Positions 8,523 through 16,976 of a stretch of DNA of 64,000 bases are shown piece by piece. Under the pieces are notes generated by a model. It was not told where the DNA came from. It worked only from the letters and a program-made list of their open reading frames with translations, and did not search any database. Position 1 is the stretch's first letter, and each line of letters begins with the position of its first letter. The DNA lies in IMG/VR virus record IMGVR_UViG_3300029310_000003. One strand, written 5' to 3'. Position numbers and translations under genes: made by a program. This DNA is from a virus.

Positions 8523-9343
8523 TTGTAGAAATCCTCCGGTGATCCGTATTCAGTTGGTACGGCATTTTTCAGGGACTGCGTTGTTTTTCTGGAACTGCCG
8601 CCCTTATCCTGCTCTCTTGCAAGCCATGCCGTAATAAATGCCCGTACCCCGCGCCGCGTCTTTCGCTTAGTCTTGTTGGAGTCGCACCATCCGGCCATCT
8701 TCCGAAGCTCCTGCATAACGTCAACAGCTGGGTACAGTTCTTTCCATTTGACGTAATCGTCGTTCGTGACATCGAAGTATGAGTTATCATGCAGGATAAG
8801 CGAGATCACCGGCGGCGTGGAGGCGGATTTTTCCGGCTCCGCGCAAGAAGCATCGTTAGATGCTTCCTTAACCTCTTCTAAGTCTAAACCTAAACCTAAA
8901 CCTAAACCTAAACCTCGGTTGCCATGGTTGCCAGATTGGCAACCACTTGGCAACCGCTCTGGTTGTTCGGGCTGTGTACTGCTTGGATAAAACTCCGGCG
9001 TTTTTTCCGTGTACGATTTATTCTCTTTGACGCATAGCAGTGACAGCTCGTCCTGATAGTCGGTTGGGTGATACCGGTCACTTCTGAGCGTGTTGTGCAT
9101 TCGCCAATGCTTAATAACGATTACCCCAGAATCGAATCTGATGATAAAACGTTTTGCAAGCAATATTTTGAGGTCGTCAGCGGACGCATTGACATAGCTT
9201 GTAATGCGCATTGGGTTATTGATAAACCCGTCATCGTCGGCTCGCATGTTCAAGTGGAAATATAGCGCCTGTGTGGAAAGCGGCATTTCAAGAAATGCGT
9301 CGCTATCTATGATTGCCTTTGTGAACATTCTTTTTTCGGCCAC
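8519..9343 (-). CDS. phage replisome organizer (DnaD-like N-terminal domain)
   Basis: MFTKAIIDSDAFLEMPLSTQALYFHLNMRADDDGFINNP is typical of the phage replisome-organizer N-domain. It has an internal (GL)5 linker. Confidence 0.75.
   Translation of the reverse strand: MAEKRMFTKAIIDSDAFLEMPLSTQALYFHLNMRADDDGFINNPMRITSYVNASADDLKILLAKRFIIRFDSGVIVIKHWRMHNTLRSDRYHPTDYQDELSLLCVKENKSYTEKTPEFYPSSTQPEQPERLPSGCQSGNHGNRGLGLGLGLGLDLEEVKEASNDASCAEPEKSASTPPVISLILHDNSYFDVTNDDYVKWKELYPAVDVMQELRKMAGWCDSNKTKRKTRRGVRAFITAWLAREQDKGGSSRKTTQSLKNAVPTEYGSPEDFYK
8884..8913. repeat. (CTAAAC)5 hexanucleotide microsatellite inside the replisome organizer gene
   Basis: Five perfect tandem CTAAAC units encoding GLGLGLGLGL on the minus strand. 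Confidence 0.9.
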
Positions 9344-9349
9344 TCTCTG

Positions 9350-9583
9350 TCACCTCTTGTGTGGTTTATCACGTCTGTTCCATGCTTTGATTGCTTTGTA
9401 GCAGACATCATTCTGCCATTCGCTTTCAGATGGATCTTCGCTGCATGAGAAAACTTTAGATTGTGCGCCGCACATTTCGCATGTGACAAAAACGATCCAT
9501 CCCATGTATCTTGCCGAACATCTCCTGCTACGCAGCTCAATCATTTCATTTTCTCCGCAAAACGGGCATCCTTTTACTTCCAT
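9350..9583 (-). CDS. Lar-family restriction-alleviation-like zinc-ribbon protein (copy 1)
   Basis: MEVKGCPFCGENE...VTCEMCGAQS...AIKAWNRR. RBS AGGAG before the ATG at 9583. Confidence 0.6.
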   Translation of the reverse strand: MEVKGCPFCGENEMIELRSRRCSARYMGWIVFVTCEMCGAQSKVFSCSEDPSESEWQNDVCYKAIKAWNRRDKPHKR

Positions 9584-9774
9584 TCGTCGGCTCCTTCGGT
9601 TTTCTCCGGATGTGGACGCACGATCGTTGAAAGACCAGCATTCGCGCATATCTCCATGACCGTCCAATACTCTTCCTCGGTCAACACGCCAAGATTGATT
9701 TTCACAATGTCTTTGTTTCTTACGTCATCAAGAGTAGCGGCATCTATGAGAACCACTTCATAATTCATGTCCAT
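9574..9774 (-). CDS. hypothetical phage protein
   Basis: 66-aa ORF between SSB and Lar. Confidence 0.45.
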   Translation of the reverse strand: MDMNYEVVLIDAATLDDVRNKDIVKINLGVLTEEEYWTVMEICANAGLSTIVRPHPEKTEGADEWK

Positions 9775-9786
9775 TCTTTATCCCCC

Positions 9787-10227
9787 TCAAAATGGCAGAT
9801 CCAGTCCGCTTTCATCGATCTGCGTGAAAACCTCCTCGACCTGCGTCGTCCCATTTTCTGCCATCTTCTCGTGGACCGGCGGATTCTTGCCGCTCCGGCT
9901 TTCGCCGAAATAAACGCTGTCCGCCACGACCTCGGCCTTGGAGCGCTTATTTCCGTCCTTGTCCTCAAACTTCCGGATCGTAAGCCTTCCCCTCACGATA
10001 GACATCTTGCCCTTTGTGAAGTTCCTGTCCACGAATTCCGCCGTCTTTCTCCATACAACACAGTCGATGTAGTCCGTCTCCCTCGTTCCGTCTCTGTTCG
10101 GGATATCCCGTTCCACGGCCAGTGTGAAGGACGTTACCGCGTCCCCTGCCTGCGTCCTGCGCAGCTCCGGGTCCTTTACGAACCGGCCCTGCAATAAAAC
10201 TTCATTCAGCAATTTCCAATCCTCCAT
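9787..10227 (-). CDS. ssb: single-stranded DNA-binding protein
   Basis: OB-fold pattern (GRFVKDPELRRTQAGDAVTSFTLAV...VVWRK) and an acidic C-terminal tip ending DLPF. Confidence 0.85.
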   Translation of the reverse strand: MEDWKLLNEVLLQGRFVKDPELRRTQAGDAVTSFTLAVERDIPNRDGTRETDYIDCVVWRKTAEFVDRNFTKGKMSIVRGRLTIRKFEDKDGNKRSKAEVVADSVYFGESRSGKNPPVHEKMAENGTTQVEEVFTQIDESGLDLPF

Positions 10228-10346
10228 TTTCTAGTTTGCACCGCGTCGAGCCGCACGCTCGGCCACACGCCACGTTGATGTGTTCCAGCGTTAGTTTTAT
10301 CATCGAAATCCAAATTCGCCTTGAGGCCGCTTCTGCGGCCTTACAG

Positions 10347-10541
10347 TCACATGCCGTTCAGGAGCAGGAGCATCACGCCGATTGAAACGGCCAGAAGCGA
10401 GATCCCCACGGCGGCGTAGCACACCATCTCGTGGCTGCTGCGGAATCCTCTCCACTTGTATCCGGCTTTCAGAAATATGATCCCGCCGACCATACACACG
10501 ATATCCGAGAATACCGCAAGGAATGTCAAAAACACCTTCAC
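10347..10541 (-). CDS. small two-helix membrane protein
   Basis: GTG start overlapping the DUF3310 stop (GTGA). 64 aa with two hydrophobic helices. Confidence 0.4.
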   Translation of the reverse strand: MKVFLTFLAVFSDIVCMVGGIIFLKAGYKWRGFRSSHEMVCYAAVGISLLAVSIGVMLLLLNGM

Positions 10542-10894
10542 TTCTTCTCTGCCTCGCTTTCCAGATATCGCTCTTCCATCCGTGCAAGATAAAACTGTGC
10601 CTTCCGGATGTCCTCCAGCGGTTTCCCTTTGAACGGATGCCGCCAGATGTACTTGACCGTCTGCCATGCCAGCACCGCCGCCACCGGATCATCCCATCCC
10701 TCGACCATCGCATTCAGCGCATCAATGCACTCAATGGAGCCATGGCAATAATGCGTCGGATGCTCCACGGCGTTTTCAGCCTGTGTTGCCTCTGCATCCT
10801 GATTCATGAATGCATTGACCTGTGCCATCGGCTTTTCCGCTGTACCCTCCATCTGCGTCACTTTTCCTTCGCCTCCCTCTTGTAAAATCTGCAC
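10538..10894 (-). CDS. DUF3310-family phage protein
   Basis: HPTHYCHGSIECIDAL...KYIWRHPFKGKPLEDIRKAQFYL matches the DUF3310 signature. Confidence 0.65.
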   Translation of the reverse strand: MQILQEGGEGKVTQMEGTAEKPMAQVNAFMNQDAEATQAENAVEHPTHYCHGSIECIDALNAMVEGWDDPVAAVLAWQTVKYIWRHPFKGKPLEDIRKAQFYLARMEERYLESEAEKK

Positions 10895-11040
10895 CCGCAG
10901 TCAACCGAACCACCAAAAAACCGGCTTTCCGCGTTGAAGCAGCTGAACTTGTCCCACGACTCGCATCCCATGCACGTTTTCTGCGGCGCCGCAAGCTCCT
11001 CCCGTGCGGTTACGGCTTCTGTTCTTTTTCGCTCCGGCAT
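10858..11040 (-). CDS. small Cys-rich protein (paralog a)
   Basis: 60 aa with CMGCESWDKF...DCGCRFYKR. Confidence 0.4.
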   Translation of the reverse strand: MPERKRTEAVTAREELAAPQKTCMGCESWDKFSCFNAESRFFGGSVDCGCRFYKREAKEK

Positions 11041-11171
11041 TCGACGTCCTCCTTCCGTTCAAAAAACTCACATCCGCAGTTTACAAAATCTGCGCAATGC
11101 GGACTGTCTCCGTTGCAGCAGGCCCATGTGAAGTCCTCCCACCATACACATCCCTCACAGTGCTTCGACAC
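11010..11171 (-). CDS. small Cys-rich protein (paralog b; below the ORF-track size cut-off)
   Basis: GTG after AGGAGG. It reads MSKHCEGCVWWEDFTWACCNGDSPHCADFVNCGCEFFERK..., sharing the C.GC..W..F...CGC.F pattern with the neighbouring ORF. Confidence 0.35.
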   Translation of the reverse strand: MSKHCEGCVWWEDFTWACCNGDSPHCADFVNCGCEFFERKEDVECRSEKEQKP

Positions 11172-11388
11172 GTTTCGCTGCCTCCTTCACAAAATATCGC
11201 TTGTATCGCGTCGCGTCTCCGAACCTGTCCGTTCCGTTCTCCCATACGTCCGTGACCTCATATCCGCGATGCTTCAAGTCCCAAATTCTTGCGCCGAGAC
11301 GGGTGTTCCCCAGCTCACGCGTTGCTTCCATCTGTGTGATGGAGCCATGCTCCTTGCAGTAGGCAACGATCCTCTCACAGTCGTTCAT
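11155..11388 (-). CDS. winged-helix DNA-binding protein
   Basis: MNDCERIVAYCKEHGSITQMEATRELGNTRLGARIWDLKHRGYEV. RBS AGGAGG before the ATG at 11388. Confidence 0.55.
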   Translation of the reverse strand: MNDCERIVAYCKEHGSITQMEATRELGNTRLGARIWDLKHRGYEVTDVWENGTDRFGDATRYKRYFVKEAAKRVEAL

Positions 11389-11401
11389 ACCGTTCCTCCT
11401 T

Positions 11402-11614
11402 CTAAACGTCTGCCCAGTTCCGGCAGAGCATCGTGAGCGAAACATACGCAATGGCATTTTCTCCGACCTCTACCCAAAACTTTCCGTACATGCTGACGAT
11501 GCTGACCGCATAGACCTTTCCGTGCCTGAGTCCGTGGTATCCGGTCTTTCCCGTATACCGCATCCGAACTGTGCTCCGTTTGTCATTCATCGTGTATCCC
11601 CTCCTAATTCTCAT
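11402..11614 (-). CDS. hypothetical phage protein
   Basis: 70-aa ORF with RBS GGAGGGG, directly downstream of the promoter-like motif at 11613-11657. Confidence 0.5.
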   Translation of the reverse strand: MRIRRGYTMNDKRSTVRMRYTGKTGYHGLRHGKVYAVSIVSMYGKFWVEVGENAIAYVSLTMLCRNWADV

Positions 11615-11657
11615 TCTACAAGCGGCAACAAATGTTTTTTGTACAATTTTATGTCAA
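11613..11657 (-). promoter_or_regulatory. TGTACAAAAAACATTTG-type promoter (copy S1)
   Basis: On the minus strand: TTGACA-N6-TGTACAAAAAACATTTG-N10-TAGAAT. Confidence 0.5.
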
Positions 11658-11734
11658 CCAAGTGGGAAAGAAAATCAGCGGAGCGCTTGGAATCGCGCCC
11701 CGCTGTTTTGCTTTGCTTCTTAGTTGTACGCATC

Positions 11735-12616
11735 TCACCACAGGCTTTCCTGTGTTGTCTCCGTGACTGCCGCGCAGTTCTTCACGCTCTGTTCGTAGTA
11801 ACTCGGTTTCAGCTCCACACCGACAAATCTGCGGCCGTTCTGCAAGGCCACAACGCCCTCAGATCCGATGCCCATAAACGGACTGAGAACCGTATCGCCG
11901 GGATTCGACCACAGATTCAGTGCGCGGCGAATGACGGTGAGCTGTAAAGGGCAGACGTGTTTCTCGTCCTTTTCCTCGCGGGCAGAGCTTGCCTGCAGCG
12001 TATCGGATGGATTGATGTCCGTCCAAATTGGAGATGCATACCGCTGCCAGATGGAAACTGGGAAGGATTCGTTCGTGTGCTCGACTCTTTCAGGGTTTTC
12101 CCCCGGCTTGCGCATCGCAACCAGATAATCCGGAATACCTTGTCTGGACATGCAGGAATCTTTTTTTAGCTGTTTGTGCAAAAGCCCAAGTGCCTTCGTC
12201 CGCTGCATGGCGATCACAGGGTCCTTCCAAATGCATACCTCTGAGTGGTAGATAAAGCCGGCTTTCTGGAATGCGCGAATCAGATCGCCACGAAAGTCCT
12301 TGATCCCGATGTATCCATCTCTTTCCTTTGAGGTTGGGAGATTCATGCAGTGAACGGCCATGATACGTCCCGGCATCAGAACCCGGTAAAGTTCCTTGAT
12401 GATGAACTCGAAATGTTCAAAGAACTCGCTATCAGACTTGCAGTTCCCAAGATCGCGTTCGCTGTTCGAGTATGTGTATAGCGATGCAAAAGGCGGTGAG
12501 TAGATTTCAAAGTGTACGCTGTTTGATGGGATACCAGGCAGAATCTCGCAGCTATCGCCGTTATAGATGGCGTATCTGTCAGTAATAACCTCTTTTTTTA
12601 CGCAAGTTTCATCCAT
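11735..12616 (-). CDS. beta-class DNA methyltransferase (SPPF motif IV; N4-C or N6-A)
   Basis: Motif IV IYSPPFASLY lies near the N-terminus. AdoMet motif I DTVLSPFMGIGSEG lies near the C-terminus, which is the beta permutation. Confidence 0.8.
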   Translation of the reverse strand: MDETCVKKEVITDRYAIYNGDSCEILPGIPSNSVHFEIYSPPFASLYTYSNSERDLGNCKSDSEFFEHFEFIIKELYRVLMPGRIMAVHCMNLPTSKERDGYIGIKDFRGDLIRAFQKAGFIYHSEVCIWKDPVIAMQRTKALGLLHKQLKKDSCMSRQGIPDYLVAMRKPGENPERVEHTNESFPVSIWQRYASPIWTDINPSDTLQASSAREEKDEKHVCPLQLTVIRRALNLWSNPGDTVLSPFMGIGSEGVVALQNGRRFVGVELKPSYYEQSVKNCAAVTETTQESLW

Positions 12617-13998
12617 TGTGGTACATTCATCCTTTCATTTGCATAATAGGTTTCTGTGATTCTTGTCGTATGCCGTACATCAGCGCTCAAAATGTCCTTC
12701 GTGTATTTTACCAATTCCTGCGTCAGCCGTATCGCGTCCGCCTGCTTGCGCTCGATGTTCGCCTTTACTGCGCCTTCCGCATCCGAAATCACGATATAGA
12801 CATCTACAGGTCTTGTCTGACCATAACGCCAGCACCGCCGGACCGCCTGGTAATATGCCTCGAAGGAATCCGAAAGTCCGACGAAAACTTCCCGGCTACA
12901 GTGCTGCCAATTCATCCCAAATCCAAACACTGATGGCTTACTGATGAGTATTTTTCGTTCTCCGGATCTCCATCGTCTCTCATATTCCACTTTCAAGTTA
13001 TCCGGCGTAGCGCCTCGGATGGAGAACGCTTTTTCTCCGAGGTAACGTTCCAATTCGTCCTGTTCCGCATTCAGGTCGCACCACAAGATGCACGGCGTAT
13101 CCTTTCCTACTGCGATTTCAGCGGCTTTCGAAGTTCGTATCTCCAAACTGTCGCGTCTGGCTTTTCGCCGTTCCATCAGCGACATGGATACCTGCGGTAG
13201 AAACCCGATTTGACCATCATCTGCTTCAATCCTCTCAGACCGGCAAATACATTCATGCAGACGCAATTCTGGAAGGTCGAATCCGGACATTTCGTAGCCA
13301 AGATCCGACGGCTTTGTCATGCAGCACGCCCAGCTCGCGACCCATGCGAAAAACGCCTCCTGCGCGTGCCCCTTGAGCCGCCATTTCTGCGTTTCTCCGC
13401 CGTCATGTACGAAATAGGTAGCCAGCATTTCCGTCCGGCTCATAATGCCTAGGAATTCTGCATGGTTGCCAAGTTCCACATAATCGTTCGGGGATGGCGT
13501 CGCAGTGCAGCAGAGTTTGTACGGTGTGAACTTGAACATATCCGTCAGCGCCTGTTTTGTCGCGCTGGTGTAGTCCTTCAGGATGCTGGATTCGTCAAGA
13601 ACCACGCCGGCGAATGCAGATGCGTCAAAGTTTCCAATACGATCATAGTTTGTTGTGTAGATGCCTAGTGTCGTCACTGCACTCATATCTGGCGCGTAGG
13701 ACGCATGTATGTCGAACTTCTCGCCCTCACGGATTGTCTGATGTGCAACGCTGAGTGGTGCTACCACCAATACGCTCTTTCCGGTGTGTCTGCAAACCTG
13801 ATTTGCAAACTCAAGCTGCATCGGCGTTTTTCCAAGGCCGCACTCTGCAAAAATAGCGGATTTTCCTTTTTTAAGCGCCCACCGAACAATGTCATGCTCG
13901 TATTCGTAGAGTTTCGGGTTCAGGTCATCCACTTCAAATCCCGCATCGGACGCAACGTTTTGTTTTGATTTCAGAAACTCCAAATAGCTCTTACTCAC
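12598..13998 (-). CDS. SNF2-family helicase/ATPase
   Basis: Motif I ECGLGKTPMQL, motif II VVLDESSILK, and a C-terminal helicase domain (QAVRRCWRYGQ). Its 3' end overlaps the methyltransferase start by 19 nt. Confidence 0.8.
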   Translation of the reverse strand: MSKSYLEFLKSKQNVASDAGFEVDDLNPKLYEYEHDIVRWALKKGKSAIFAECGLGKTPMQLEFANQVCRHTGKSVLVVAPLSVAHQTIREGEKFDIHASYAPDMSAVTTLGIYTTNYDRIGNFDASAFAGVVLDESSILKDYTSATKQALTDMFKFTPYKLCCTATPSPNDYVELGNHAEFLGIMSRTEMLATYFVHDGGETQKWRLKGHAQEAFFAWVASWACCMTKPSDLGYEMSGFDLPELRLHECICRSERIEADDGQIGFLPQVSMSLMERRKARRDSLEIRTSKAAEIAVGKDTPCILWCDLNAEQDELERYLGEKAFSIRGATPDNLKVEYERRWRSGERKILISKPSVFGFGMNWQHCSREVFVGLSDSFEAYYQAVRRCWRYGQTRPVDVYIVISDAEGAVKANIERKQADAIRLTQELVKYTKDILSADVRHTTRITETYYANERMNVPQWMKLA

Positions 13999-14338
13999 AC
14001 GCTTTGCCCTCCGGAATTTCAGCCAGCCAAAAATCACGGCGACATTTTCTGCATTCTTCCTCGTCTCTCACAAGGCAGAAGAGAGCATCGTCGTCTTTAT
14101 TGTGGCGTCTTTTATCTACGACGATCGGACAAATAGAGGGCATCCCGTCACTTTCAATTCTCGCATTCGGGAACATCTTCAAAAACTCGCTCTGTCTCGT
14201 TTTAACAGGATGTTCTTTTGCCCATTGCTCTACTTGCTCTACAACGGCTTCTGCCGACCATCCACCAAGCACTGATCTAATCTGAACATCATTTGCAATC
14301 ATTCTTCTGCATTGCTTTACATATTCAACAGCATCCAT
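13991..14338 (-). CDS. hypothetical phage protein
   Basis: RBS AGGAGG before the ATG at 14338. About 115 aa. No motif. Confidence 0.45.
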   Translation of the reverse strand: MDAVEYVKQCRRMIANDVQIRSVLGGWSAEAVVEQVEQWAKEHPVKTRQSEFLKMFPNARIESDGMPSICPIVVDKRRHNKDDDALFCLVRDEEECRKCRRDFWLAEIPEGKACE

Positions 14339-14349
14339 TTTCTGTCCTC

Positions 14350-14790
14350 CTACATCCAGACCATATCGCATTTGTTGTCCACGCAGTCCTGCAAGATTGC
14401 CTTGAAGTCTCGGAACATTGCGCAGTCGCTCCGGCCGGCATAGCCGTAGCAGATGTTGTCGTCGTAGTCTCCGATGACCTTCAAGATCTCCTTGCAGGCT
14501 CCGTATCTGATTTTTCCATTGCAGTCGCTTCCAAGCAGGAAATTCACGACCTTTACGTGAAGGTCGTTTTCACGGACAATCCTGATTGCTTCCGTGTCCC
14601 ATTCCGTATAGAACTTCTTTTCCTCATCCGGACGCATGAGAGGCGGCGCATCGTATAATTTTTTGTAGTGGCTGCAAAACGGCCCTCCCATGAGTTCGAC
14701 CACCTTGCGCCGCAGCCGCATGAAGCCGCTATATCCAAGGTCGATATACCGACCAGTTTTCTTACACTTGATTGTTACGCCCATTTTCAT
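14350..14790 (-). CDS. hypothetical phage protein
   Basis: ATGA overlap with the upstream stop at 14787. About 146 aa. Confidence 0.45.
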   Translation of the reverse strand: MKMGVTIKCKKTGRYIDLGYSGFMRLRRKVVELMGGPFCSHYKKLYDAPPLMRPDEEKKFYTEWDTEAIRIVRENDLHVKVVNFLLGSDCNGKIRYGACKEILKVIGDYDDNICYGYAGRSDCAMFRDFKAILQDCVDNKCDMVWM

Positions 14791-15056
14791 TTTCCTTTCT
14801 TCGGCTCCCCGTAGCTGCAAAAATCGAATGGATACGCCGATGGCAAAACACCTTTTTGCCGTGGATGCCCGCAGTTTCCATATTCCGTCCGATGCTTACA
14901 GTCCTTGCACCGCACCACCTCCGCAACGTTGGCGGCGGGCATTTCCCGAATTTCGGCATATGCGCGTTCCAACCGTGTTAGTGCCGTCATGCTTCCACCA
15001 CGTTCTGCTTTCCGTAACGCAAATAGCGCATCCTCGCGCCGGATAAAATTAGCCAT
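14787..15056 (-). CDS. hypothetical Cys-containing phage protein
   Basis: MANFIRRED...CKDCKHRTEYGNCGH. Start uncertain (15056 or 15092). Confidence 0.4.
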   Translation of the reverse strand: MANFIRREDALFALRKAERGGSMTALTRLERAYAEIREMPAANVAEVVRCKDCKHRTEYGNCGHPRQKGVLPSAYPFDFCSYGEPKKGK

Positions 15057-15246
15057 AAGGCATACCTCCTGCAATAACTCCGGCCATCCCATCCGGCAGG
15101 GCGTGGAATGGGTCGATTGTTTGTATAATTTTCAGCCGCAAGAGCCTTTCCGCCTGCCTCTTGGTCAGCCGTTTCTCACGCTGCTTTGGCGGCAGTTCGC
15201 CATTCTTAGCCGCGATGGCAGTCGGGTTGTGCTTATGTTGACCCAT
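15049..15246 (-). CDS. small basic hypothetical protein
   Basis: 65 aa from an internal ATG. Fills the gap between neighbours. Weak call. Confidence 0.3.
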   Translation of the reverse strand: MGQHKHNPTAIAAKNGELPPKQREKRLTKRQAERLLRLKIIQTIDPFHALPDGMAGVIAGGMPYG

Positions 15247-15469
15247 CGTCCCGCACCTCCACGCCAGCCTCGTCCAGCAGGTCACAAAGATCGGTGTCCA
15301 CGCTGCTACCAATAAACTCACCATTTTCGTCGTAGTGGTTGTACTCCTTGGTCGGCCGGGATTCTATCCCTGCAAACTCTTTTAAGAGTCTCAGATATTC
15401 GTCGTTATCGATGAGCTGAGTCTGATAGAGTCGGCTCAACTGCGCTTTGGTTATGCACTTAGCCATCAT
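15233..15469 (-). CDS. hypothetical phage protein
   Basis: 78-aa acidic ORF in the operon. Confidence 0.45.
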   Translation of the reverse strand: MMAKCITKAQLSRLYQTQLIDNDEYLRLLKEFAGIESRPTKEYNHYDENGEFIGSSVDTDLCDLLDEAGVEVRDDGST

Positions 15470-15653
15470 TTACCCTCCTGTTCCATGCTTTCGTAACGGA
15501 CTCTATCGCCGTTTCTTCTTCGTCATAGGTTATGGTGGACATAGAACACAAGCATTGATTGCATTGTATTGATGCTTCATACCCTTTTCTTGCTCTGTAC
15601 GGTTCAAGAAGTGCTTCTCCCCCGCAAAACGGGCACGGTTTCAGTTCAGCCAT
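15459..15653 (-). CDS. Lar-family restriction-alleviation-like zinc-ribbon protein (copy 2)
   Basis: MAELKPCPFCGGEA...IQCNQCLCSMS...AWNRR. Confidence 0.6.
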   Translation of the reverse strand: MAELKPCPFCGGEALLEPYRARKGYEASIQCNQCLCSMSTITYDEEETAIESVTKAWNRRVNDG

Positions 15654-15762
15654 CTTCTCTTACCTCCACATCCAATTCGCAGAACGTGCCTTGCCAATGT
15701 GGGCAATCCTTATACGGAACCTCGCACCAGCCGTATCCGTATGGGCAACGATAATCAGCCAT
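15646..15762 (-). CDS. 38-aa Cys-rich micro-ORF
   Basis: MADYRCPYGYGWCEVPYKDCPHWQGTFCELDVEVREDG. Its start overlaps the upstream stop and its stop overlaps the Lar start. Confidence 0.35.
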   Translation of the reverse strand: MADYRCPYGYGWCEVPYKDCPHWQGTFCELDVEVREDG

Positions 15763-16309
15763 CTTTCCTCGCCTCCAAGGCTTTCTCCGCTTCCTCGCGG
15801 GTTAAGAAAATCGTTTTTCCTATGGAACTTTCCACGAATGGGCAGAAAGGGTATGTTTCAATGTCCCATTTTCCCCGTATTGCGAAGTATTTCATGCTCC
15901 AGACTCGGTGCTCGAAGATTTCTCCGGCAAACACGCGGTATAATTTATCTCCGATTTTGCACGGCATCACGACCACGCGCCCCTCTCTATCTGCCCGCAT
16001 CAACTCCCGGATTCGCTCTGCACGTTCCGGCTTATCCTCAAAAGCCATCTCCACGATGTTCTTTGCCGCGTCGGCCTGCCACGGCTCCAGTCCAAGATCT
16101 TCATAAGGCTTCAACCGAACATACAATTCCCGAATGATCTTCCGAAGAACGTCTTTGCTAAATCCCATGAGCGCAGGACCGTTCAGAATCAGATCAATAA
16201 CACGGTCCGATGCGGTGCTCCATTCAAATTCTCTTTCTCCGATTTTGGCATTCAGATACCGGTCGGTATCTTTGTCAACGCTGATATTCGGTCTGGTCAA
16301 TCGTTCCAT
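15755..16309 (-). CDS. hypothetical phage protein
   Basis: 184 aa from MERLTRPN with a G-rich RBS. The longer ORF-track version overlaps DUF4406. Confidence 0.45.
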   Translation of the reverse strand: MERLTRPNISVDKDTDRYLNAKIGEREFEWSTASDRVIDLILNGPALMGFSKDVLRKIIRELYVRLKPYEDLGLEPWQADAAKNIVEMAFEDKPERAERIRELMRADREGRVVVMPCKIGDKLYRVFAGEIFEHRVWSMKYFAIRGKWDIETYPFCPFVESSIGKTIFLTREEAEKALEARKDG

Positions 16310-16584
16310 TTCAAAACCCCTTTCCCCACATATCTGCAATACGCAATTTCCAGCTTCGCACCCTTGCTTTCCTTTGCATCCGGCAGCGCGAACAGAATAT
16401 CCGCCGCATCGATCATCCCGAAGCACAGCCGCATATAGTCCTTCGGTGTCAGTCCTTCCGGCAATTCCGCCGGATTCAAGATCACCGCGAGAGGATATAA
16501 CTCCTGTATGTGCTTTGCCGCCATGCGGAATTTCATCTTGTAATTCGGATCTCCGGTGATCTTACCGGCCATGTAGATTTTCAT
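16297..16584 (-). CDS. DUF4406-family (nucleoside deoxyribosyltransferase-like) protein
   Basis: MKIYMAGKITGDPNY...AELPEGLTPKDYMRLCFGMIDAADILFALPDAKESKGAKLE. ATGA overlap with the upstream stop. Confidence 0.6.
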   Translation of the reverse strand: MKIYMAGKITGDPNYKMKFRMAAKHIQELYPLAVILNPAELPEGLTPKDYMRLCFGMIDAADILFALPDAKESKGAKLEIAYCRYVGKGVLKWND

Positions 16585-16976
16585 GCCTTTTCTCCTTCCT
16601 CCGGCGCGTCCGGCAATCCGCGCCATTCCCAGTGGCTGGAATTGCCGCATCCGGCGCATGGACAATTTTTCGTCACACAGTTCATGCATTCGATAACAGT
16701 CGCATTATCAAATTCGCAGTAGTCGAAATGCTTACAATCCAGACACGATCGACGCGCTTTTATCTGCTCAAGCAGCGCGTCCCTCTCGGCTTCTGCCTCT
16801 GCCTGCTTCTTCCGCAGCGCCGCGTTCTCGGCGGTCAGGCGCTCGATGAGGTCGGCTGCATCGGCCACTAAGCGTTTTAGGCAATCCCCGTAACAAAAGT
16901 ATTTGCAAGCTGTGCAGTCAATGTAGTCCGGGTCGCTGCAATACCGCAGCGCCTGTATAATTTCCTCGTATCTCAT
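16581..16976 (-). CDS. Cys-rich coiled-coil protein
   Basis: 131 aa with Cys clusters at both ends and a central coiled coil. ATGA overlaps on both sides. Confidence 0.5.
   Translation of the reverse strand: MRYEEIIQALRYCSDPDYIDCTACKYFCYGDCLKRLVADAADLIERLTAENAALRKKQAEAEAERDALLEQIKARRSCLDCKHFDYCEFDNATVIECMNCVTKNCPCAGCGNSSHWEWRGLPDAPEEGEKA

Noticed and set aside
8884-8913. Possible CRISPR-like repeat
   Set aside because: It consists of 6-nt units with no spacers, lying inside a coding frame. It is a microsatellite, not a CRISPR array. No CRISPR-like repeat-spacer structure was seen anywhere in the window.
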